Shown here in pieces: positions 9,500-19,497 of a DNA stretch of 64,000 nt. Each line of letters opens with the position of its first letter. Within the stretch, counting starts at the first letter, position 1. A program made the translations under genes and the position numbers. Source of the DNA: Halarcobacter sp. (GTDB lineage: Bacteria > Campylobacterota > Campylobacteria > Campylobacterales > Arcobacteraceae); NCBI GenBank assembly GCA_963676565.1, contig OY781089.1, positions 2,688,001-2,752,000 of the forward strand, read 5' to 3'. Below the pieces are notes generated by a model, which was given only the letters and a program-made list of their open reading frames with translations, had not been told where the DNA came from and did no database searches.

Positions 9500-10786
9500 T
9501 TACAGTATAAATGTAAGAAAACTAATAAAAGTAATAGCTAGAATTCCAACATTTAAATCTTTATATTGATTTTTTGCAATTTTGATAATTGTATAAATTA
9601 AAAATCCAGCAGCAATTCCATTTGTAATAGAAAAAGTTAAAGGCATTAAAATTACAATTAAAAATGCCCCTGCACTTGTTGCTAAATCTGAATCTTCAAA
9701 GTTGATTTTACCAAGTTCTGTAAACATTAGTACACCAACAACAACTAAAACTGGATAAATTGCATTTCCAGGAACTGCTTTAAATAAAGGCAGCATAAAT
9801 AAAGTTCCAATAAAAAATACTGCAGTAAATACTGCTGTTAAACCAGTTCTACCACCCTCTTCTACACCACTTGCACTTTCAATAAATGCAGTTGTCGTTG
9901 AAACACCAAGCAAAGACCCAGCTGTTGTTGCCATTGCATCTGCTTCTAATGTTTTTTGTAAAGATTTATCATCTTTATTGTTTTCTTGGAAAAGATTTGC
10001 TCTTGTTCCTACACCTGTTAATGTACCTAAAGTATCAAACATATCAGTAATTAAAAATGTAATAATAACTGGTAATAAAGATAGTGACAATGCACTTGCA
10101 ATATCAAGTTTAAATAAAATTGGTTCAATAGAAGCTGGTGCACTTAGATAACTTTGAGGGAAAGCTCCTACACCTAATGTCCAAGCTATAATTGAAGTTA
10201 TTACAATAGATAAAATAAAAGCACCTTTTATTCTATATGCATAAAAAGTAAAAGCAAGAATTAATCCAATTACTCCAATTTGTACTTCTAATTTTGAAAA
10301 ATCACCTAAAGAAACTAAAGTTGCTGGGCTATCAACAATCATACCCATTTGCTTTAATCCAATAAAGGCAATAAACGAACCAATACCTGCACTAATTGCA
10401 CGTCTTAAATTCATAGGAATTGAAGTCATAATCCAAACTCTAAAGTTTGTAAATGAGAGAATCATAAACAAAATACCAGAAAGAAAAACGATACCTAAAG
10501 CAGTTTCCCAAGGTATTTTCATCCCTAAAACTAATCCGTATGAAAAATAGGCATTAAGACCCATACCAACTGACATAGCAATTGGTGTATTTGACCACAA
10601 TCCACTAAAAAGTGTAGCAAAAATTGTGATTAATGCAGTTGCCGTTACTACTGCTTCCATTGGAAGTCCAGCATCAGCTAAAATGAATCCATTAACTGGA
10701 ACGATATACATCATTGTAAGAAATGTTGTAAATCCTGCACTTAGCTCAGTAAAGACATTTGTGTTATGTTCTTTAAGCTTAAACAT
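9500..10786 (-). CDS. NCS2 family (AzgA/PbuG-type) purine permease
   Basis: GMGLNAYF, DMFDTLGTL, FIESASGVEEGGRTG. Confidence 0.93.
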   Translation of the reverse strand: MFKLKEHNTNVFTELSAGFTTFLTMMYIVPVNGFILADAGLPMEAVVTATALITIFATLFSGLWSNTPIAMSVGMGLNAYFSYGLVLGMKIPWETALGIVFLSGILFMILSFTNFRVWIMTSIPMNLRRAISAGIGSFIAFIGLKQMGMIVDSPATLVSLGDFSKLEVQIGVIGLILAFTFYAYRIKGAFILSIVITSIIAWTLGVGAFPQSYLSAPASIEPILFKLDIASALSLSLLPVIITFLITDMFDTLGTLTGVGTRANLFQENNKDDKSLQKTLEADAMATTAGSLLGVSTTTAFIESASGVEEGGRTGLTAVFTAVFFIGTLFMLPLFKAVPGNAIYPVLVVVGVLMFTELGKINFEDSDLATSAGAFLIVILMPLTFSITNGIAAGFLIYTIIKIAKNQYKDLNVGILAITFISFLTFIL

Positions 10787-10899
10787 AAATTATCCTTAAG
10801 ATTTAAAATTAAGGTATAATTATACGGAATGTATGATGTATTTATACTGAAAAATTGTATAAAATATGTAACTTTCAAATAAAAAACGGGTAATTTATA

Positions 10900-11757
10900 A
10901 TGAATATAACTGAAGAGTGTGTAAGATGTATAACAGGACAAATTGACAAGGCTACAAAACTATTAAATTTAGAAGAAAACTTGTCAAATGAAATAATGGA
11001 AGAAGTAAAATTAAAAGCAAAGAAATTTGATTTTAATAGAACTCCACCTTATGTAGCGAAAGAGGTTTATGAACTTTTAGCTCAAAAATCAAACTTAAAA
11101 GATCCATTGGAAAACTTAAAACAAGAATCTATAGAAAAAGCAACAACATATATCCCATATTTACAAGAAAAAATAGAAAATAGTGAAGATAAACTTTTTG
11201 CAAGTATAAAAGCTGCAGTAGCAGGAAATGTAATCGATTTTGCAACAACAAAAGAGTTTTCTTTAGATGAAGAGATTAATTCAATTTATAAAACAAATTT
11301 TGCAGTAAACGATTATAAAATTTTTAAAGAAGAGCTTCAAAAAACAAATCAACTTATTATCTTATCAGACAATGCAGGTGAAAATGTCTTTGATAAGATT
11401 TTAGTAAAAACATTAAAAGAGCTATTTCCAAAACTTAAAATCTATTATGCAACTAGAGGAAAAGCAATTATTAATGATATTACTATAAAAGAAGCTTTAC
11501 AAGTTGGTATTGATAAATATTGTGAAGTTATAAGTACAGGAGTTGATACTCCTGGTTTAGAAAAGTCTCAAGCAAGTTCAGAATTTTTAGAACTTTTTAA
11601 TGAAACACCTTTAATTCTTTCAAAGGGTATGGGAAATTTTGAATGTTTGGAATCATATAAAGATAAGAAAATCTTTTTTCTATTTAAAGTAAAATGTGAA
11701 GTAGTAGCAAATAAGATTTCAAGAAATCTAGGAGAGATTATATTAAAAAGAGGCTAA
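10900..11757 (+). CDS. DUF89/ARMT1-like damage-control phosphatase
   Basis: ECxxC, AGNVIDF, DNAGE, KGMGNFE. Confidence 0.9.
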   Translation: MNITEECVRCITGQIDKATKLLNLEENLSNEIMEEVKLKAKKFDFNRTPPYVAKEVYELLAQKSNLKDPLENLKQESIEKATTYIPYLQEKIENSEDKLFASIKAAVAGNVIDFATTKEFSLDEEINSIYKTNFAVNDYKIFKEELQKTNQLIILSDNAGENVFDKILVKTLKELFPKLKIYYATRGKAIINDITIKEALQVGIDKYCEVISTGVDTPGLEKSQASSEFLELFNETPLILSKGMGNFECLESYKDKKIFFLFKVKCEVVANKISRNLGEIILKRG

Positions 11758-12885
11758 TTAGCCAGCCTCTTTTATTTTATATTCTGCTAAAAGTTCTGAG
11801 ATTTTTTTAACACCCCTTTCAATTTGTTCAAATGTTGAGTTTGTAAAATTAAATCGTGCTTCACAGGAATCTTGATTATCATGAAAAAATACCTTTGCTG
11901 GAACAAAAGCGATATTGTTTTCAATAGCTTTTTTTGCTAATTCAAAACTATCTTCTTCAAACTTTCCATAAATAAACATACCACCTTTTGGAATTTTAAA
12001 ACTAAACTCAGGTAGATACTTTTTAAAACATTGTGCCATAAATTGCATCTTTGATTTATAGTCATCTCTAACTACTTTAATATGCTCAAAAACATCAAAT
12101 CGGTTTAAATACTCATTTAATATCATTTGATTAAAAGTTGGAGTATGTAAATCCAAAGCTTCTTTCGAAGATAAGATTTGAGTAATCAACTCTTTTTTTG
12201 CTCTAATCCAACCAACTCTAAGTCCTGGAGCTACAATTTTAGAAAAAGAACCTAAATGGAAACTGTTTTCATAAAAAGCACTAATTGGTTTTTTAATCTC
12301 ACCTTCAAAATCCAATAATGAATAAGCACCATCTTCGATTAACAATGAACCATTTTTTTCTAAAACATGGGCAATTATCTCTCTATTAATCTCATCTATA
12401 GATTCTGATGTTGGATTATGAAAATCACTCATTATATAAACGGCAGAGGTTTTTTTCAATTCTCTATTTAAACAACTGTGGTTATTAAAACCTTTAACCT
12501 TTAAATCAAGAACATTAAAAGCACTTAATGCACCAATATATGTTGGTGTTTGAACAAAAATCTCATCCTCAACAAAAGTTTTAGCAATAATATCAAAGGC
12601 TTGTTGACTACCTGTTGTAATTAAAATCTCATCTTTTGTTGTAGGAAAATCAAATTTCTCATTATATATATTTGCAATATGCTCCCTTAAGCCATCTAGA
12701 CCTTGAGATTTTGAATACTGCATAGATAAAGAGTTTTTTAAAACCTCATTTGATGCTTCTTTTAATTGCTCCATTGGAAATAGTTTTTCATTTGGTAATC
12801 CACCTGCAAATGAAATTGTTTCTTCATTTATCGCGTCTAATATCTCTCGTATATATGATCTTTGAATTTTTCTTCCCATAATCAC
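11758..12885 (-). CDS. PLP-dependent class I/II aminotransferase
   Basis: ISFAGGLP, TTGSQQA, GSFSKIVAPGLRVGW. Confidence 0.9.
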   Translation of the reverse strand: MIMGRKIQRSYIREILDAINEETISFAGGLPNEKLFPMEQLKEASNEVLKNSLSMQYSKSQGLDGLREHIANIYNEKFDFPTTKDEILITTGSQQAFDIIAKTFVEDEIFVQTPTYIGALSAFNVLDLKVKGFNNHSCLNRELKKTSAVYIMSDFHNPTSESIDEINREIIAHVLEKNGSLLIEDGAYSLLDFEGEIKKPISAFYENSFHLGSFSKIVAPGLRVGWIRAKKELITQILSSKEALDLHTPTFNQMILNEYLNRFDVFEHIKVVRDDYKSKMQFMAQCFKKYLPEFSFKIPKGGMFIYGKFEEDSFELAKKAIENNIAFVPAKVFFHDNQDSCEARFNFTNSTFEQIERGVKKISELLAEYKIKEAG

Positions 12886-12984
12886 TCCTAAATTTTTTAA
12901 ATTATATTTGAATAAAAAAATTTATTCTTTATCCTAAATTTCAAAATAATTGTTCTATATTGCTATTTTTGATATAATCATTTT

Positions 12985-13842
12985 ATGAAAAAAGAAACTA
13001 TTCACCTAAGACATAAAATTGTCAATGACACCTATTACTATATTTACAAAAATTTAGAGCATCAAATCACCCTTGATGAATTAGCAAAACTAAATAAAGT
13101 TAGTAAGTATCATTACCATAGAATTATAAAAGAGGAGACTTCCTTTACCCTATTTGAAATAATCACTTCAATTAGACTTCAAAAGGCAGCTAATCTTTTA
13201 CTTACAAATAAACACTCTACAATAAGTGAAATTGCAAGTTTATGTGGATATATGTCCCATTCTTCATTTATAAAAGCTTTTAAACAAAGATTTAAACATA
13301 CACCAACATCTTGGAGAAAAGGTGCTTTTAAAACCTATTCAAAACAACTTCTTGAAAAATTTCCTTCATCAAGGGACTTTTCAAATATAGAACCTCAAAT
13401 TAAAGTTTGTAAAGCAATTAAATGTACTTATATAAGACATAAAGGTTATGATAAAAAAATAAAAAATACATGGGAAAAACTTTACGCAATAGCATATGAA
13501 AATGATATTACAAATTTTAAACAAATTGCACTATACCATGATAATCCAACAATAACTCCACTGGATGAATGTTCTTATGTTGCAGCAATTAGTATAGATA
13601 AAGACTATAAAAATTTAAATATTCTTGAAATTCCTGAATCTTTAAATGCAGTTTTTGAATTAAAAGGTGTATATGGTGATGTTTTAAATTTTATTAGATA
13701 TGTATACCATTATTGGTTACCAAATTCTGGATATGAAACAAGTTCTATTCCTTGCTATACAATTTATGAAAAAAATCATTTTACTACAGGTTTTGAAGAT
13801 TTTAATCTAAAGTTATATTTACCTATAAAAATTGCTTTCTAA
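12985..13842 (+). CDS. AraC family regulator with GyrI-like effector domain
   Basis: N-terminal double HTH (SKYHYHR; EIASLCGY...F), C-terminal YHDNP...WLPNSGY. Confidence 0.9.
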   Translation: MKKETIHLRHKIVNDTYYYIYKNLEHQITLDELAKLNKVSKYHYHRIIKEETSFTLFEIITSIRLQKAANLLLTNKHSTISEIASLCGYMSHSSFIKAFKQRFKHTPTSWRKGAFKTYSKQLLEKFPSSRDFSNIEPQIKVCKAIKCTYIRHKGYDKKIKNTWEKLYAIAYENDITNFKQIALYHDNPTITPLDECSYVAAISIDKDYKNLNILEIPESLNAVFELKGVYGDVLNFIRYVYHYWLPNSGYETSSIPCYTIYEKNHFTTGFEDFNLKLYLPIKIAF

Positions 13843-14071
13843 AATTTTATATATATTATGATTATATATAATTTAAATTTATATAAAATTTTCATAAAAA
13901 AATAATATTTTCTTAAGAGTACCATTTTTTCGGCTATATTTATTAATTATTTAATTGATATAATTAGAAAGTTGTTAGTTTTATATTAAAAATAATACTT
14001 CTAAGAAAATCTTTACAAGTATAATTAAAAGTAATAAAACTTTCTTGTGTGGAATAAAAGAAGGAGAAAAA

Positions 14072-16435
14072 ATGTCAAAAGATATGTCAATAAAAATAAA
14101 ACTGTTACTTAGTGTTATTGGAGCAATATTAACTGTAGCTTTAATAACAGAAATTAATTCAATTATAACTTTAAAAAAAGAGACTAATTACATCATAGAT
14201 AAAACAGAGAATAATGCTTATAAAGCAAAGGAAAAAGAACTTGAAAATTATGTTTCTTTAGCTTATAAAACAATTGAATCTTATCATAAGAGAACTTCTA
14301 AAGATAAAATTCAAAAAGAGGTTGAGGAATATCTAAAAGAACAAACAGATTATCTTTTTTCTATTATAAATTCTGAATATCAAAAGAATAAAGATATTCT
14401 TAGCAAAGAAGAGCTTTTCAAAAGAATCAAAGATATAATTGATGCAACAAAATTTGGTAAAAATGGATATTTCTTTGGATACAGTCCTAAAGGTATATGT
14501 TTAATACTTCCACCGAAACCTCAATTAGAGGGTAAAGATTTAAATCATGTAAAAGATAAAAATGGCATTTTTGTTATTAAAGAAGTTGTTAAAGCTGGTA
14601 TGTCAGAAAGTGGTGATGGATATGTAAGTTATCAATGGCCAAAGCCAGGTTTTGATGAAGAACAATTAAAAGTTTCATATGTAAAAATGTTTAAACCTTT
14701 AAACCTAATTATAGGAACAGGGGCATATGTAGATGATGTATCAGAAAAGATGAAAAAAGAAGCTTTAGAAGCTATTTCAAAAATGAGATATGGTAAAGAT
14801 GGATACTTTTGGATAAATGACTCTAATCATGTTGTTAAAATGCATCCAATAAAACCTTCTTTAGAGGGTAAAAATATGAATGACCTAAAAGATAAAAAAG
14901 GAACATATTTATATAGAGAAATTGTTAAAACGGCAAATGCAAAAAAAGAAGGTGGCTTAGTTAAATACTTCTGGACAATTCCAAATAAAAAAGGAACTTA
15001 TGAAAAATACTCATTTGTGAAGAAATTTGAACCTTGGGATATGATTATAGGGACAGGAGATTATATAATAAATATTGAAGAAGAGATTAAACAAATGAAA
15101 CAAGAGATTAATGATACGACAAATGAAAGCATCTTAAACTCAATTTTAATCATTGCCATAATTATTATTTTAATATCTTTATTAAGTGTTTATCTAATGA
15201 ATAAAGTTATTGTAAAACCTCTAAATGAATTCCAACAAGGTTTACTAAACTTCTTTAAATACATAAATAAAGAGCAAAAAGAGATTGATCCTTTAACAAT
15301 AAACTCAAATGATGAGATTGGGAGAATGTCTTTACTTATTAATGAAAATATCCAAAAAACAAAAACTATAATTGAACAAGACAACAAACTAATTGAAGAT
15401 GTAAAAGAGATAGTTAATCATGTAGGAAATGGTTATTTAGATAAAAAAATTGATACATCAACAAATAATGAGTCTTTAGAAGAATTAAAAATTTTATTAA
15501 ATGATATGTTAGAAAATGTAAAAAAATTAGTTGGTACAAATATAAATTCTTTAAGTGAAGTTCTAGAACACTATTCAAATAAAGATTTTACAAAAACAAT
15601 TGATAAAGCAACAAGTGGAAAAATTGGAAATGACATTTTAGAATTAAATAAAATGATTACAGAACTTCTTCAAGATAACCAAGAAGATGGTTTAATTTTA
15701 CAAGAAAAATCAAATGAGCTAACTTCAAATGTAAAAATTCTAAATGAAAATGCAAATTCACAAGCAGCATCACTTGAAGAGACTGCAGCTTCAATTGAAG
15801 AGATTACAAGTAATATAAAACAAACTAGTCAAAAAGCCCAAGAGATGTTAAGTATCTCTTCAAAAACACAAAAATCTGCACACATTGGAAAAGATTTAGC
15901 AAGTAAAACTGTAGATTCTATGGAAGATATTAATAACACTGTTATGAATATAAATGATGCAATTACTGTAATTGATCAAATAGCTTTCCAAACAAATATT
16001 TTATCTTTAAATGCAGCAGTAGAAGCAGCAACAGCAGGAGAAGCAGGAAAAGGATTTGCAGTTGTAGCCCAAGAGGTAAGAAACCTTGCTGCAAGAAGTG
16101 CAGAAGCAGCCAAAGAGATTAAAGATTTAGTTGAAAGTGCAACAATTAAAGCAAATGAAGGTAAAGAGATAAGTAGTACTATGATTGAAGGGTTTAGAGA
16201 ACTAGAAAGAAATATTTCTGAAACAAGTAATCTAATTGATGATGTTACAAATGCTGCAAATGAACAAAGTTCAGGGATAACTCAAATTAGCGATGCAGTT
16301 AATCAGTTAGATAAATTTACTCAAGAGAATGCTTCTATTGCTGAAAGAACAAACTCTATTGCACTTGAAACAAACGATATTGCAAAAGATATTGTAAATA
16401 ATGTAAATAAAAATAATTTTGAAGGAAAGGCATAA
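14072..16435 (+). CDS. methyl-accepting chemotaxis protein with tandem Cache domains (start moved to 14072)
   Basis: AAGGAG RBS; two GYFF/GYFW Cache repeats; [30 protein letters not shown]. Confidence 0.95.
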   Translation: MSKDMSIKIKLLLSVIGAILTVALITEINSIITLKKETNYIIDKTENNAYKAKEKELENYVSLAYKTIESYHKRTSKDKIQKEVEEYLKEQTDYLFSIINSEYQKNKDILSKEELFKRIKDIIDATKFGKNGYFFGYSPKGICLILPPKPQLEGKDLNHVKDKNGIFVIKEVVKAGMSESGDGYVSYQWPKPGFDEEQLKVSYVKMFKPLNLIIGTGAYVDDVSEKMKKEALEAISKMRYGKDGYFWINDSNHVVKMHPIKPSLEGKNMNDLKDKKGTYLYREIVKTANAKKEGGLVKYFWTIPNKKGTYEKYSFVKKFEPWDMIIGTGDYIINIEEEIKQMKQEINDTTNESILNSILIIAIIIILISLLSVYLMNKVIVKPLNEFQQGLLNFFKYINKEQKEIDPLTINSNDEIGRMSLLINENIQKTKTIIEQDNKLIEDVKEIVNHVGNGYLDKKIDTSTNNESLEELKILLNDMLENVKKLVGTNINSLSEVLEHYSNKDFTKTIDKATSGKIGNDILELNKMITELLQDNQEDGLILQEKSNELTSNVKILNENANSQAASLEETAASIEEITSNIKQTSQKAQEMLSISSKTQKSAHIGKDLASKTVDSMEDINNTVMNINDAITVIDQIAFQTNILSLNAAVEAATAGEAGKGFAVVAQEVRNLAARSAEAAKEIKDLVESATIKANEGKEISSTMIEGFRELERNISETSNLIDDVTNAANEQSSGITQISDAVNQLDKFTQENASIAERTNSIALETNDIAKDIVNNVNKNNFEGKA

Positions 16436-16512
16436 AAAACTTATTAAAAAGAAAATAATACTTTTATGATACTTTTTTATTGTAAAATACTCTCATAATT
16501 AAAGGAATAATT

Positions 16513-17094
16513 ATGAGAGTATTAATTTTTAACACAGATGAAAAAGATACACAAAATTTAACTTCAATGATTAAAGCTTTCCCTATTAATATAATTATAG
16601 ATAATGCATCCACATATTTTGATACTATGAATTATTACAAAAATAACACTTATGAAAAAGTTTTTATTGATGTACAAGATGAGGAAGGAATAAAAATAAC
16701 AAAAGAGATTTTAGATATTTATCCAAATCAGAAACTATTTATGATGGGTGATGATTATAATTGTACTCTAGAAAAAAACTGCAATTCTTGTGCAAAAGAG
16801 CATTCTAAAAGTTTAATTATTAAACCAATCTCTCAAATAGAACTATGTAAAGTAATGAACAATACCTTCTTATGCGAATGTAAAGGTAAATCAATGAAAC
16901 AATTTAACTTAGAAAAAATTAAAAAAAATATTCAAAAAGAGTTTCCCTATTTTGATTTTGAAATTAATCAAAAAGAAAAGATAATATCATCAAGCCCTAT
17001 GCCTATGCAGATTTTAGTTTCATTTATAAGTCAGTTAGAAGAAAACAATATCTCTTATGAGGTTGAAAATTTTGAAAGAATAAATCTAAAATAA
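16513..17094 (+). CDS. atypical receiver-domain protein
   Basis: MRVLIF...VFIDVQD...IIKPIS receiver layout; Cys-rich insert. Confidence 0.6.
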   Translation: MRVLIFNTDEKDTQNLTSMIKAFPINIIIDNASTYFDTMNYYKNNTYEKVFIDVQDEEGIKITKEILDIYPNQKLFMMGDDYNCTLEKNCNSCAKEHSKSLIIKPISQIELCKVMNNTFLCECKGKSMKQFNLEKIKKNIQKEFPYFDFEINQKEKIISSSPMPMQILVSFISQLEENNISYEVENFERINLK

Positions 17095-17130
17095 TATAAG
17101 TCTTATATCCTTTAAGATACCATTTCAAGT

Positions 17131-17796
17131 ATGGAACTACTTGATAAAGAACACCTTATTTATCTTCTTGATTTTGATAACTTTGATTTCCCTAGTTTAG
17201 ATATGATGAATGATGACCTTGTTGCTATTGGAGGAGATTTTCATCCCCAAAGATTAATTAATGCATATGAAAATGGAATCTTTCCATGGTTTATTGATGA
17301 ATATAATCATATTCATTGGTTTAGTCCTCAAAAAAGAATGGTTTTATATCCCGAAGAGTTTAAATTAACAAAAAGTCTTAAAAGAACAATAAATAACAAA
17401 GGTTTTGTTGTAAAAAGTAACACCTGCTTTGAAGAAGTTATAAAAAACTGTTCAAATATAAAAAGAAAGCATGAAGATGACACATGGATTGATGAAAATT
17501 TTATTGATGCCTATACAAATCTTCATTATCTAGGAATAGCCCAATCTATCGAAGTTTTCTTAGATGAAAAACTAGTTGGTGGACTATATGGTCTAGTAAT
17601 TAATAATATTTTTTGTGGCGAAAGTATGTTTTCACTTGAAAGGGATGCCTCAAAAGTTGCTTTTTACAATTTATGTAACCAAGCGAAACAAAATAATATA
17701 AAACTTATTGATTGTCAGGTTTATAATGACCATTTAGCTTCATTAGGAGCTAAAGAAATCTCTAGAAATAGTTATTTTAAACTACTAAAACAATAA
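17131..17796 (+). CDS. aat: leucyl/phenylalanyl-tRNA-protein transferase
   Basis: AYENGIFPW, LVGGLYG, FCGESMFS, IDCQVYNDHL. Confidence 0.95.
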   Translation: MELLDKEHLIYLLDFDNFDFPSLDMMNDDLVAIGGDFHPQRLINAYENGIFPWFIDEYNHIHWFSPQKRMVLYPEEFKLTKSLKRTINNKGFVVKSNTCFEEVIKNCSNIKRKHEDDTWIDENFIDAYTNLHYLGIAQSIEVFLDEKLVGGLYGLVINNIFCGESMFSLERDASKVAFYNLCNQAKQNNIKLIDCQVYNDHLASLGAKEISRNSYFKLLKQ

Positions 17797-17898
17797 AAAC
17801 TTAATAAATAATTTAACAAACACTATTCACTACCAATTAAGTCAAGTATACATAATATATTAATAATACTTTTATGTATGAATGAAAATAATTAAGGA

Positions 17899-18201
17899 GT
17901 GGAAATGAAGAGGATTCTTGCGACATTAGCTTGTCTTTGTAGTTTGTCTTATGCTGTGGATTATGACCCAGTAAAAGGTAGTATGTTGTCACTATCTTGT
18001 GCATCATGTCATGGTACAGATGGAAAATCAGTAGCAGTTACACCGTTAATTGCTGGACTTGGTCAAAAAACAATGTACAATATTCTATTAGATTACAAAT
18101 ATGATAGAAGACCTGGTACTATGATGCCTAAACACGCTAAAGGTTTTAGTGATGAAGAGTTAGAGCAAATTAGTTATTACTTTTCAAAGATAGAAAGATA
18201 A
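17899..18201 (+). CDS. fccA: monoheme cytochrome c subunit of flavocytochrome c sulfide dehydrogenase
   Basis: Signal peptide, CASCH, TMMPKHAKG; directly upstream of fccB. Confidence 0.85.
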   Translation: MEMKRILATLACLCSLSYAVDYDPVKGSMLSLSCASCHGTDGKSVAVTPLIAGLGQKTMYNILLDYKYDRRPGTMMPKHAKGFSDEELEQISYYFSKIER

Positions 18202-18213
18202 GGGGTAAATATC

Positions 18214-19497
18214 ATGATGAATAGAAGACATTTTAACAAAATACTTGCAGGTTCATTTGCACTTTCACTTGCTGCTTGTAGTAGTGTAACAAGTATGACA
18301 TCTACTTTGCCAAAAAATAAAAAAAGAGTTGTTGTTGTTGGTGGTGGTTTTGGTGGTGCTACAGCTGCTAAATATATGAAAAGATATTCTCCAAATACAG
18401 AAGTTATCTTAATCGAGCAAAATAAAGAGTATTATACTTGTCCATTTGGAAACACTGTAATTGCAGGGATGAATGACTTAGATTATATTAAACATGATTA
18501 TAAAACATTAGAGAAAAAATATGGTATTACAGTTATTCATGAAAAAGTAGCACGTGTAGATGGAGCAGCTCACACTGTAATATTAGAAAATGGAGATATG
18601 ATTCCATTCCACAAAGCAGTAGTTTCACCAGGAATTGATTTTAAATATGAAAAGGGTTATGTTGAAGGCTCTGAACTTTTAGCTCCTCATGCATACAAAG
18701 CTGGAGCTCAAACTCAGCTTTTAAGAGATCAATTAGAGGGAATGAAAAATGGGGGAACTTATGTAATGGTAGCCCCTGCTAATCCATTTAGATGTCCTCC
18801 TGGACCATATGAAAGAATCTCTTTAGTTGCACATTATATTAAAAATAATAAGCCTGATTCTAAAATTATCATATTAGACCAAAAAAATAAATTCTCAAAA
18901 CAAGGTCTATTCCAAGAGGGTTGGGAAAAACTTTATGGTGATTTAATTGAATGGAGAAGTGCTGAATTTGGTGGAAAAGTCATATCTGTTGATCCTAAAA
19001 AACTTGAAATTACAACAGAAGATGAAGTTGTTAAAGCTGACGTTTTAAACTATATTCCAAACCAAAAAGCTGGAAAACTTGCATTTGATTCAGGTTTAAC
19101 AGAAGGTGATTGGTGTCCAGTAAATAAAAAAACTTTTGAATCAAAAATTGCAAAAGATGTGCATGTAATTGGTGATGCAGCTATTGCAACAAAAATGCCA
19201 AAATCTGGATTTTCTGCAAACTCACAAGCAAAAATAGCAGTACTACAAATAAGTAGAATGTTACAAGATAAGCCAGTTGTGAACCCACCTAAACTTGCAA
19301 ACACTTGTTATAGTTTAGTTGCACCAAATTATGGCATCTCTGTTGCTGCTGTTTATGAAGCAAAAGAAGACATAATCGAAACAGTTCCAGGTTCAGGAGG
19401 ATTAAGTCCTATGAATGCTGATGAAGGAACAAGAATGGCTGAAGCTGAATATGCTGTAGGTTGGTATAAAAACCAAACTGCTGATATTTTCCAATAA
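18214..19497 (+). CDS. fccB: flavocytochrome c sulfide dehydrogenase flavoprotein
   Basis: Tat RR signal, GGGFGG, YTCPFGN, FRCPPGPYER, PKSGFSANSQ, NTCYSL. Confidence 0.95.
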   Translation: MMNRRHFNKILAGSFALSLAACSSVTSMTSTLPKNKKRVVVVGGGFGGATAAKYMKRYSPNTEVILIEQNKEYYTCPFGNTVIAGMNDLDYIKHDYKTLEKKYGITVIHEKVARVDGAAHTVILENGDMIPFHKAVVSPGIDFKYEKGYVEGSELLAPHAYKAGAQTQLLRDQLEGMKNGGTYVMVAPANPFRCPPGPYERISLVAHYIKNNKPDSKIIILDQKNKFSKQGLFQEGWEKLYGDLIEWRSAEFGGKVISVDPKKLEITTEDEVVKADVLNYIPNQKAGKLAFDSGLTEGDWCPVNKKTFESKIAKDVHVIGDAAIATKMPKSGFSANSQAKIAVLQISRMLQDKPVVNPPKLANTCYSLVAPNYGISVAAVYEAKEDIIETVPGSGGLSPMNADEGTRMAEAEYAVGWYKNQTADIFQ

